Below, piece after piece: positions 26,705 through 38,179 of a DNA stretch of 64,000 bases. How positions within the stretch are numbered: the first letter of the stretch is position 1; every line of letters starts with the position of its first letter. Origin of the DNA: Octopus bimaculoides (lineage: Eukaryota); assembly GCF_001194135.2 (NCBI RefSeq), contig NC_068986.1, positions 53,538,905 to 53,602,904 on the forward strand, in the 5' to 3' direction. The notes below the pieces were generated by a model. That model had not been told where the DNA came from and ran no database searches. It saw only the letters and a program-made list of their open reading frames with translations. The position numbers and the translations under genes were made by a program.

Positions 26705-29146
26705 TGGAATGTTGCTGTAGACAGGGCCATTAGAGCAAAGAAACAGACCTGGAAGAGTTGGGGTAGCAGGGAGCTGTATCAGATAGATAGAAAGAAAGCT
26801 AGGAGACAGGTATATCTAGCCAAGGAAAAAGCAGAAAAGAGGAAGTTTGCCTATGTTTAGCGATGTTAGGGCCAAAGAATTGAAGTGTTCCAGTTTGCAA
26901 GATAGTGTGAGAGAGAAAATTGTGATGTCACAAGAGAGAAATGTGTCCGCATGGATGATGGTGCACTTGCATTTAGTGATTCTGCAAAGAAAGAGGCTTA
27001 GAAATGCCATTATAAAAGACTGCTGAATGTAGAGAAAGAAAGGGAGGAGGAGAGTCTGCCAAATGTTGATCCAATTGAGGGACCAGGTACCTGAATTGAC
27101 AATACCTTGGTAGATAAAGGAATTAAGGGACATGAAAACAAGGAAAGCCCCTGGCCCTTCAAGAATCACTGCTGAGATGCTTAAAATATCTGGTGATGTA
27201 AGTTATGGTCTAGTCACCCAGTTTGTAAATTAGGTGATTCATGAAGAAGTCATACCCAATGACTGGTGTAGCAGCACCATAGTCAACTGCTATAAAGGTA
27301 AATGCCTTAGATTGAAATACTTACAGAGGTATCAAATTATTGGATCAGGTGATGAAAGTTACGGAGAGAGTCATAGCCCAACTAATTAGTGGGAAAATTA
27401 GTCTAGATGAGATGCAGTTTGGTTTTGTGCCAGGAAAAAACACCACTGATGCTATATTTCTGGTAAGGCAGCTGCAGGAGAAATACATAGCCAAAGATAA
27501 ACCTCTGTACTTAGCTTTTGTTGACTCAGAGAAAGCTTTTGACAGAGTCTCCTGATCTCTTATCTGGTGGTCAATGCAGAAACTAGGGATAGATGAATGG
27601 CTGGTGAAAGCCTTACAAGTCATATACAGAGATGCTGCCAGTAAGGTGAGGATTAGCAACGAGTACAGCAAAGAATTCAGAGTACAAGTAGGGGTTCACC
27701 AAGGATTGGTCCTAACCCCCTCTTGTTCATCATAGTCCTCCAAGCAATAACAGAGGAATTTAAGACAGGCTTCCTCTAGGAGCTCCTCTATGCTGATGAT
27801 CTTGTTCTTATACCTGAATCACTACTAGAACTAGAGAAGTTCCAGGTATGGAAGCAAGGTCTAGAATCAATGGGCCTTAGAGTTAACCTAGCAAAAACTA
27901 AAGTCTTAGTAAGTAGGAAGGCAGACAAAGCACAAATCCCTTCAGGATTTCTGTAGAAAACGTGTAGGTAGTAACTCTGTAGGATGCACCTGGTGTAAGC
28001 TTTGGATACATAAAAGGTACAGCAATATCAGAGGAAGGTTAACAAGGAAAATAGTTTTTGTGTGTGGTAGATACACAAGTACAATAAACATCAAAAATGT
28101 ACAGAAAATAGACTCCATCAACTGTCATAAGTGTAAGCTAGAGGTAGTAGATAGCTTCTGTTACCTAGGTGATGAAGTTAGTAGCGGAGTTGGATGCTCC
28201 AAGAGCATAACTGTCAGAATAAGATTAGGCTGGGCAAAGTTTAGAGAGCTCCTACCTCTGCAGGCAACAAAGGGCCTCTGTCTCAGAGTGAAAGGCAGAT
28301 TGTATGATGCCTGTATGCAAACAGCTATGCTACATGGTAGTGAAACATGGGCTGTGACAGCTGAAGATATGCATAGGCTTGAAAGAAATGAGCCAGTATT
28401 CTTCACTGGATGTGCAATGTCAGTGTGCATGTTCAACAGAATGTAAGCATCCTGAGAGAAAAGTTAGGCATAAGTGGCATCAGATGTGGTGTGCAAGAGA
28501 GATGAATGCACTGGTGTGGTCATGTGATGTGTATGGACAAGGACAGCTGTGTAAAGAAGTGCTGATCCCTAACTGTGGAGGGAACCTGTGGTAGAGATAG
28601 ACTCAGGAAGACATGGGATGAGGTGGTGAAGCACGATCTTTGAACTCTGGGCCTCACAGAGGCAATGACTAGTGACCAAAACCTTTGGCAGTATGCTGTG
28701 CTTGAGAAAACCCGTCAAGCCAAGTGAAATTGTAGTAATGGCTGATGCTGGTGTCACGTAACTGGCACCCATGCTGGATGCTGGTGGCATATAAAAAGCA
28801 TCTTTTGAGCATTGAGCCTCACGGAGGCAAAGTGGTTGAGCTCCTTTTGAGTGTTGGGCCTCACAGAGGCAATAACTGAGACCTTTGGCATTATGTTGTG
28901 CTTGAGAAGAAGACCCGTCAAGCCAAGTAAAACCACAGTCATGGCAGATACTGGTGTCATGCAAATGGCACCCCTGCTAGTGGCACACTCTCAGAGTGGT
29001 TGGTGTTAGGAAGAGCATCCAACTGTAGAAATCATACCAAAACAGACTGGAGTCTGGTGCAGCCTTCCAGCTTACCAGCCCTGGTCAAACCATCCAACCC
29101 ATGCCAGCATGGACAACGGATGTTAGTTGATGATGATGATGATGAT
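26705..29146 (+). mobile_element. 5'-truncated, decayed RTE-clade LINE (RT pseudogene, 3'UTR, (GAT)n tail)
   Basis: Translations include DQVMKVTERVIAQL...DEMQFGFVPGKNTTDAIFLVRQLQEKY...YLAFVDSEKAFDRV, ELLYADDLVL (27781) and VVDSFCYLG...WAKFRELLP...MLHGSETW. Stops and frameshifts are present, and the 3'UTR has an internal duplication (about 28652 and 28859). Confidence 0.92.
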
Positions 29147-29970
29147 ATCTTTTACTTGTTTCAGTCATTATGCTGTAGCTTTGCTGGGGCACCACCTTGA
29201 AGATTTTTTTGTTAAATGAATCGACCCCAGTACAGGCATGTAAACACACTAACACCAGTTGTCAAGTGGTGGTAGTAGACAAACACAGACACAAAGACAC
29301 ACACTCATATATATATATGACAGGCTTCTTTCAGTTTCTGTTTACTAAATTCATTCACATGTCTAATTTTGGCATAGTTTCTACAGCCCTTTCTAACACC
29401 AACCACTTTACAGAGTGCACTAGGTGCTTCAACATGGCACTGGCATGGGTGCTTTTCATATGGCATCCACAAGTCCACCAGATTAGAATCACTCAGCTGA
29501 AGAGAGATCCAGGAACATGCCTGATGTAATGACAACTATGATTTCACTTAGCTTGATGTGTTTTCTCAAGCACAGCAAAGTCTCAGTCTGTTATCATTCC
29601 CTTTATGAGGCAGATCCTTTCTCACTATTTTGTCCCACGTCTTCATGTTTGTGTTTGTCCCCTGCCACTGCTTCATAATTAGAGTTGGTTTGTTTATGTC
29701 CTCATAACTTAGTGGCTTGGCAAAAGACACTAGCCATTCAAAAATAAGTAATGGTGTCAATTTCTTTAACTAAACCCTCCAAGGTGGTGATCCAGCACGG
29801 TCACAGTCCAGTGACTGAAACGAGTAAAAAATTGAAGATATCTGTGTGTAATTCTGATGAGATGAGTAATTTTGTCCTCCAATAAGAATTGTGCCTCTGT
29901 ATGTGTGTGTGTATGTATATATCTATGTATGTATATATATGTATATTTATCTATATACATATGTATATAA

Positions 29971-30001
<31 letters not shown>

Positions 30002-31961
30002 TATATATCTATATATATATGTTTATATATACACATTCACACACAAACATACATATAAATATATATACACGCACACATAAACGTACATATCTATCTTTCT
30101 TTCTTTATGCTTCCAATTAGGATCTCTTTCATTAATTGCTGTTCATTCAGTAGAATAAGATATACTATCTGATGGCTCTATATATGTATATTCTTTTATT
30201 CTTTTACTTGTTTCATCATTGGTGTGTGCCTATACTGGGATACTGCCATTAAGAGTTTTAGTCAATCCTATAACCCATTTATTTTAACCTTGTACTTATT
30301 TTATTGATCTATGTTTTCCAGTGTGAATCTATCCTTATATATAAACTGTTAATATCTGTACAGAAATTGCTGTGTATCCTTTCAATTTATACCAATTACA
30401 AATGCCATTAATTTCTTGTGCTGATTTCCAAAAGTATACCTTTCAAAGTGTGAGGTTAATGTGGCTTTTGATGGGTTGAAGGAACAAAGTAACTCAATGG
30501 TCTTGTGTTCAAATCCACTGATTCCATTTTGTAATGGGACAGTGGAGTTAATTCTATATATTTCAATTCAGCTAGTTGTCAGAAATTCTATATATTTCAG
30601 TCCAGCTATTTGTTAGGATAGAGTGATGTGTCAATTAGAATAACACCTTGGTTGCATCAATACAAAAATATGTGGACCCTGCATGGATGCAGGAGAAAAG
30701 TTAAGGAAAAAAAAAGTGTAAGTGGAAGAAGCAGTTCCTTTGATCTCTATAGGTTCCTCTCAGACTAGTGAGATTTATGTGGATGTCTAACTTATGGTCA
30801 GAAGATATTATCTTCTGACCATGGTAGGCTATCATCCTATTCAGGTTGAGATATCACTCTCATCTGTCGAAGGACAAAAAATTAGATATAAGCATTGGCT
30901 CTTTCAAATCCTTAAGGACTAAAGAAAGATATAGCATAAAAAAAGAAAATTTGTGCTGCAATTGATTTCTATGGTTACCAATGTTAATATAAGATCAACA
31001 GAAATGTTAGAACATCAAACAATATACCTTGCAATATTTAGTTGCAGATCTTTACATTCTGAATTCAAATCTTTTTGAGGTCAACTTTGCCTTTTGTCAT
31101 TCCAGAGTCTGTTCTGCATTTTCCATCATACAAACCAACATAGTATACAGTGTAAACAATGAAACATCACCACTATCTTTCCAAATCCTGTTGCATTTTA
31201 CATGGAAATTTTAGTCCTCCAAAGTTTTCTAACAATCTTTTTTTGCAGTAAATTTTGGCCTGAAAAATTCAACTTATATACCAAAAAAAAAAAAAAGGTT
31301 CCAAGGAAGTATCAGGGTCAATTTTATTGTTTACATCCTCTCCCAAATTTGTGGATTGGTGGCTGTATAACTAATCAATATTGTTGGAAAATATAAACAA
31401 TACATAATTTTCATCTGTTTTTCTTCTAAGGTGACATTAGCATTGATCTGTGTTGCATTACATAGAACATGTATGGTAATTTTTGTATTATATCATAATG
31501 ACACACATGACATTATTCATCCCATTCAAGTTGTTGACTTGCAGTCAGCTGATTTAAATAGGCACCAGTCAGCCAGTGAACCAGTTAATCAGTAAAAAGG
31601 TCAACATTAAGTTTCCTTTCATTAAGCTCTCTAATTGTGACCAAAGCATAAAAGCTTAACTTTTAATGGCAACTGTATAGTAAAAGTGACTAGTGATTCC
31701 TTGGCTTGCAGTGCTAAGTTCAATTCTTCCCAGAGGAAAATTTACCTGCACTAGATTGGTGCTCTATCCAGATATTATGTGAATGAGTGGGTAGGAGTAA
31801 AAGATTTATCAAGTTAATGCCATAGAAACCAATAATAATGACAAACATAGTGGAGTGTGAAGTTCTATGATCAGACAGATGACACCATTAGTTCACTGCA
31901 TGACTTAGTGACTGAAAAATGCTGTCAGGTTGATAAAATTCAGTAACCATTACAGCTTGGA

Positions 31962-31993
31962 TCTCTCTGTCTCTCTCTCTGTCTCTCTCTGTG

Positions 31994-32071
<78 letters not shown>
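31962..32071. repeat. (CT)n microsatellite
   Basis: Seen directly. Confidence 0.95.
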
Positions 32072-32074
<3 letters not shown>

Positions 32075-32786
32075 AAGCAACAAAATTTTATACATCAGTT
32101 AGAGGAGTCATTTATACATTTATCATTTTATCCATTAGTCAGAAAGGGAAGACTTCAAGCAGGTAGTATTGTGAGTGCATTGGATAGAAAGCCTTGCAGT
32201 TTGTACTGGATGTCTGCATTCTCAGTTCAAATCCTCTCTAAGTCAATGTTGCCTTTCACCTTTTGGAGATTAATGAATGAAGTACCAGTGTAGAGCTGTT
32301 GATTGGTGGAATTACTAGAGCATTGAACAAGTTGTTTTATTGTATCTGTTCTGGCATTTTGCACTGTGTTTAAATTCCACATCCTATTGTTGGTCTTGTA
32401 CTGGGAAAAGAACCTTCAAGATCCAATGAACACTGATAGTCCTCTAATGTCAGAAAGTATGATGTATTAATTAGAGCAACATCATGATTGCATCAATATA
32501 AAAACATATGGAAACAGTATAAAGCTAAGAGAAAATAAAATAAAAATCATAAGTGGAAGGAGCAGTTTTTCTGATCTTTATTGGATCCTCCTAGACTGGT
32601 TTTAAATAAAAAGGGACATAATATCTAACAATCAAGAATTAATTTCAGATATTTTACATGCTTAATGAAAGAGCAGTTTTGATTTGCAACTCAAGAACAA
32701 CTGTGGACATATTCCAACCTCATCAGCATAGTACAGTCTATTTAAGTCTTTAGATCAATTGATTAATTTTTACATACACTTTATTA

Positions 32787-33170
32787 GTGGAGGCGCAGTG
32801 GCCCAGTGGTTAGGGCAGCAGACACGCGGTTATAGGATCGCCGTTTCGATTCCCAGACCGGGCGTTGTGAGTGTTTATTGAGCGAAAACACCTAAAGCTC
32901 CACAAGGCTCCGGCAAGGGATGGTGGCGAACCCCGCTGTACTCTCCCACCACAACTTTCTCTCACTCTTACTTCCTGTTTCTGTTGTGCTTGTAATTCAA
33001 AGGGTCAGCTTTGTTACACTGTGTCACGCTGAATATCCCCGAGAACTACGTTAAGGGTACACGTGTCTGTGGAGTGCTCAGCCACTTGCACGTTAATTTC
33101 ACAAGCAGGCTGTTCCGTTGATCAGATCAACTGGAACCCTCAACGTCGTAAGCGACGGAGGCCAACAGCA
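32787..33170 (+). mobile_element. Full-length tRNA-derived SINE (Octopus OK-like) with 11-bp TSD
   Basis: A box TGGCCCAGTGG, B box GTTTCGATTCC and a CAACAGCA tail. The identical flanking ACACTTTATTA occurs at 32776-32786 and 33171-33181. Confidence 0.92.
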
Positions 33171-33451
33171 ACACTTTATTACTTCTGAAAATAATAGTGT
33201 TATTTAAGGGAGATTTTATTGCTATTTTGAGCAAGTTGAGTGATCATGTAGAGGCTCTATCATTTCATATTTGTTTTAAACAATCCTTATCCATTCTCTA
33301 AAGATGAAGTATGATTGAATGAGTGAGTGATTGCTTTAGTATTTGATCAAACTTAGTAACTGGTTACTAAATGTTGCTTAATGTATTGGATGGCTGGGTT
33401 TCTGTATGATTGAATGTGCGTACGTATACATCAGAGAGAAGTAGAGGGAGG

Positions 33452-33489
<38 letters not shown>

Positions 33490-33616
33490 ATGAGAGAGTG
33501 GGTGAGTGAGAATGATTGGATGAGAGTGAGAGTGCATGTGAGTCTGCTTAGAATTTATAGATTTTTGGTTAATATTAAGTTTGCATGGATTAACATGTAA
33601 ACTATGCTTATATGCT

Positions 33617-33648
<32 letters not shown>

Positions 33649-34553
33649 CACGCACACACAGATACAGACACATACAATGCACAAAAAATTTATACTTCAT
33701 CTACCTACATACATATAAATATACAATCAGTACATAATATATATATATATATGCCAGTGTTAGATTGGTGGCAGCTGATGAAGGAAATGTTCTTTATGTG
33801 GCTTGTGTGTTTTCTGTACTATGTTTATCATTTTGTCTATGTTTTGTTTGCAACATCCTGTACCCAGATATGCATCTATATACACAGGTAGATGTAGGTA
33901 TGTACATACATGTACATATATATGCATATACTCATTTATTATTTGTATTATATATATATATATATATATATATATNNNNNNNNNNNNNNNNNNNNNNNNN
34001 NNNNNNNNNNNNNNNNNNNNNNNNNNNNNNNNNNNNNNNNNNNNNNNNNNNNNNNNNNNNNNNNNNNNNNNNNNNNNNNNNNNNNNNNNNNNNNNNNNNN
34101 NNNNNNNNNNNNNNNNNNNNNNNNNNNNNNNNNNNNNNNNNNNNNNNNNNNNNNNNNNNNNNNNNNNNNNNNNNNNNNNNNNNNNNNNNNNNNNNNNNNN
34201 NNNNNNNNNNNNNNNNNNNNNNNNNNNNNNNNNNNNNNNNNNNNNNNNNNNNNNNNNNNNNNNNNNNNNNNNNNNNNNNNNNNNNNNNNNNNNNNNNNNN
34301 NNNNNNNNNNNNNNNNNNNNNNNNNNNNNNNNNNNNNNNNNNNNNNNNNNNNNNNNNNNNNNNNNNNNNNNCTTCTCCAATTGCTAGATGTCCATTAAAT
34401 TTGAAATCTTAATTGTTGATATGAAATGGTATGTCATAAGTGTCTGTATATTGTCCTTTTTGTCATTTTGGTTATAAAATAAACAGATTAATCAACGGAA
34501 TATAGTGTCTGCAAGTTGATGAGTACCTCATATTCCCCTCCATTTTCTTATTG

Positions 34554-34588
<35 letters not shown>

Positions 34589-34775
34589 GCAATCTTTATA
34601 TCCTACAAAACATGGATGTATTATTATAGCACTGAATACTGTGGTATTTGCACTGAGAGGTCAATATAGAAGTATGGTATTAAGAGTACAATACATGTTT
34701 GTGCTCTTAGCATCATACTTCTATATGAGTGGACCTCTCAAGGCAGATACTGTAGTAGTTAGTGCTTTAATAATA

Positions 34776-35065
34776 TTAGGTTGTTCCAATAATAATGGCC
34801 GATTTCAGAAACAATTTTATTCTGGAAAAATTAACAATAGAAATGTTTTGATTAGTCAAAATATGAGTTGTGAACATCTATGCATCTCTGCCATCGAGCA
34901 ATGCGATTATTTATGCCTCGTTGATAAAAACTTATTGGCTTTGATGCTAAGAAATCTTTGAAAGCTGATTCCACCTCTGATTTGGACTTGAAAGTTTTAT
35001 CACTTAAGAACGTGTTTAAATGCTTTAAAAGTAGTTCGGCAATGGAGAACAATAGAATAAGTCAG
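34776..35065 (-). mobile_element. Mariner element 3' fragment (transposase C-terminus and one TIR)
   Basis: ORF 34852-35052 KHLNTFLSDKTFKSKSEVESAFKDFLASKPISFYQRGINNRIARWQRCIDVHNSYFD is a typical mariner C-terminus. TA-TTAGGTTGTTCCAATAA at about 34774-34792 resembles mariner TIRs. Confidence 0.85.
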
Positions 35066-36703
35066 AGACCTTCGCCGTAAATTTGCGATGTACAAGCGAT
35101 GCTGTTGTTGTCAACATATCCACTCAATTCGCAATTTCAATGCTATGATACGTGGAATAAGGCACCTGACTGCAAAATAATGCCTCAATGACAAACCCAT
35201 GCAAGCATGGAAAAACGGATGTAAACCGCACGATAATACATAAATTCATACGTGCATAGATATGTATGTATCGATGCTACTATAGCGTGCAGTCTACTTC
35301 GAGTCAGTGGAACTAAAATGAAAGTAATAATTAAAAAACAACACTCAAAACTGAAAGAACCGAGCAGATAAATCCCCGTCAAATTACTCTTCTCGCCCCA
35401 AATGAAAAAGAACACAGGTAATGTAGTCCTGTATTTCCTGCATATCTAAAAAGATGGGATAACCACATCCGGAATGTCCTGAATCATATGTCATCTCAGT
35501 CAGAACCTTGATCGCTAAACAATGATCATTTAATATATATCCGTTACTGTGATAAAACAAAAGTATGGAATTTAAAAACAAATAATTATTGTATAAAAGC
35601 ATTTCCTGCTATACACTCGGTATATTTGAAATACCATAAATAAATCATCTACATTTTTTCTTGACGCTTTCCAGCAAATATAATCAAGATGTAATTGAAA
35701 CAGCTCACTGCTAAAGCCTCTATTTTTTTTTTATTTTATAGAATATGTATCATCCAGCCTTGATCGTTCAATCTCCTGCATATTTGTTTTTGTCAATGGA
35801 TTTACATAATTATCTTGGTGTCTTACCGTTAAATGGTAAATCAATGGCATTTAGATTCCCATATGCAGGCGAATTATCTTAATCACCGTATCAGTTTTAC
35901 ATCGGGTAGACAGATTCCTAATATCTGTGTTTTTCTACGTGAATTTTAAAAAAAATCGAAAAAAAGTTAAAAATTAAGAAATTGGGGTGAGAGAGAAGAA
36001 ATTAAAATTTCGAAACGTAATTTTTGGCCAAAATCATATTCTCTTATATCGAAAACATAGAAATCTGAAGAAATTCAAGAAAAAAAGAAAAGAAGCGGAA
36101 GTGGGTGATACGGAAAATGTGCCAATAATTGTACCAAAAAGCATGGTTTTTGGTCATTTTCCGTTGACAAATAGGGTTTTGTGCATCACAAATGCACTCA
36201 TAACACTCCTTGTACATTGCTGCATTTTTTGATACCAAAAACTTTAAACTGGCAACGTAGATTAGAAGAAAATCAGAATATTACTCGAAAATCACCTCAA
36301 AATTTTACGACCTGCCCTCGTTCTCGAGGTTATTTATGTAGTAAAAAAGAGTTGCGCAAAAAGCATATTGTATTTGATAGCCGAAAGATTACCGAACCTT
36401 TTGATACCTCATACGTCCAAATTAACAATTCAGTTTTCGAATCCATAAGGAACATAAGCACCACACACACACACACACAAACTTTGTTTTATAGATATAG
36501 ATAGATATATGTATNNNNNNNNNNNNNNNNNNNNNNNNNNNNNNNNNNNNNNNNNNNNNNNNNNNNNNNNNNNNNNNNNNNNNNNNNNNNNNNNNNNNNN
36601 NNNNNNNNNNNNNNNNNNNNNNNNNNNNNNNNNNNNNNNNNNNNNNNNNNNNNNNNNNNNNNNNNNNNNNNNNNNNNNNNNNNTGTGTGTGTGTGTGTGT
36701 GTT

Positions 36704-36740
<37 letters not shown>

Positions 36741-36789
36741 ATGTATGTCTGTATGTATGTATATATATATATATATATTTAAAAAAAAA

Positions 36790-36960
36790 CAAAAGCAAAA
36801 GACGAAGACAGGTATGTAAACAATAAACAGGTGTATTAGTTCAACGCTCGGGAAGGTGAGAAAGTCTTTTACGTTTCGAACCTATGCTCTTCAACAGAAA
36901 GGAACACGAGAAAATAAACAGAGAGAGAATAAAAAAAAAGCTTAGTGGCTCGCTGTCGAT
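36790..36960 (-). mobile_element. Penelope-like pLTR fragment with minimal hammerhead-like motif
   Basis: Minus strand CTTT-CTGTTGA-A-GAGC-ATAG-GTTC-GAAA-C-GTA-AAAG (36901-36866) has type I hammerhead topology with a non-canonical U at core position 6. Confidence 0.5.
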
Positions 36961-37440
36961 CATATAATTAAAAAGTAATGTGATAATGCATTACGGAGGA
37001 TATACCATAAACAATTAATAATTATTTATGAATCTATCAATGACCAAACATGCTATCATAAAATACATAGAATCACCGAGTATGAATTGGGAAAATTAAA
37101 TAATTAAAAAGTAATGTAATAATACATTACGGAGGATATATTATAAACAATTAATAACTATTTATGAATATATCAGTGGCCAAACATGTAAAGACTACTT
37201 TCTCTGTTAGGCTTCGAGTGATACTACTGCACCTCTTATGTGTCAGTAGCTTGCACTGGGTGCATCTTATGTATGATTTTGCGGTGGTTCGAATTTACCG
37301 GTCTTTTCTCATAAACGCTGTGCATGGCATTTAAATTCAAAACTTGAATGTGTAAATAGAGGTTAACACATTTCTTTTGCTTGTCGGGATACACGTTAGC
37401 CCCGAGGTAAGGTCTTGTATTGGTTTCTATCTATAGGAAT

Positions 37441-37504
37441 ATTCCCCTGACGAAACGAATGGTTCCCTTAATAGGTCCCTAACGTCGAAATAGCAATAGG
37501 GAAT
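37441..37504 (+). ncRNA. Type I hammerhead ribozyme motif (probably PLE pLTR-associated)
   Basis: Stem I ATTCCC(37441-46)/GGGAAT(37499-504); CTGACGA core 37447-53; stem II ACG/CGT closed by an A.C mismatch; GAAA 37487-90; 2-bp stem III with AGCA loop; cleavage triplet ATA 37496-98. Confidence 0.6.
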
Positions 37505-37686
37505 TAACCATTTATGTTAAAGTTGTGGATTCTATTTGTCATGTCGCCCGCAGACAGCTTTTACCGTAAAGTGAAATAATATGAGTGATAAAAATAGCTT
37601 TATAGCGGTTTTGACTGCTATTCCTAAACATGTAAGGGTTTTGAAACACTCTTAGTTGTAATTGTGATTTGTTCATAATTATAAAC

Positions 37687-37811
37687 ATTCTTCTTCTTCT
37701 TCTTCTTCTTCTTCTTCTTCTTCTTCTTCTTCTTCTTCTTCTGCTTCTTCTTCTTCTTCTTCTTCTTCTTCTTCTTCTTCTTCTTCTTCTTCTTCTTCTT
37801 CTTCTTCTTCT
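37687..37811. repeat. (CTT)n microsatellite running into a gap
   Basis: Seen directly. Confidence 0.95.
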
Positions 37812-38179
37812 NNNNNNNNNNNNNNNNNNNNNNNNNNNNNNNNNNNNNNNNNNNNNNNNNNNNNNNNNNNNNNNNNNNNNNNNNNNNNNNNNNNNNNNNN
37901 NNNNNNNNNNNNNNNNNNNNNNNNNNNNNNNNNNNNNNNNNNNNNNNNNNNNNNNNNNNNNNNNNNNNNNNNNNNNNNNNNNNNNNNNNNNNNNNNNNNN
38001 NNNNNNNNNNNNNNNNNNNNNNNNNNNNNNNNNNNNNNNNNNNNNNNNNNNNNNNNNNNNNNNNNNNNNNNNNNNNNNNNNNNNNNNNNNNNNNNNNNNN
38101 NNNNNNNNNNNNNNNNNNNNNNNNNNNNNNNNNNNNNNNNNNNNNNNNNNNNNNNNNNNNNNNNNNNNNNNNNNNNNNN

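Noticed and set aside
32789-32860. tRNA-like A/B boxes here and at 61574
   Set aside because: They continue into SINE bodies (with a TSD at 32787) and lack a proper cloverleaf, so they are not tRNA genes.
33774-33800. CTGATGAAGG motif
   Set aside because: No downstream GAAA or closing stems.
35940-36440. Possible DNA-transposon terminal region
   Set aside because: No TIR pair or TSD could be identified.
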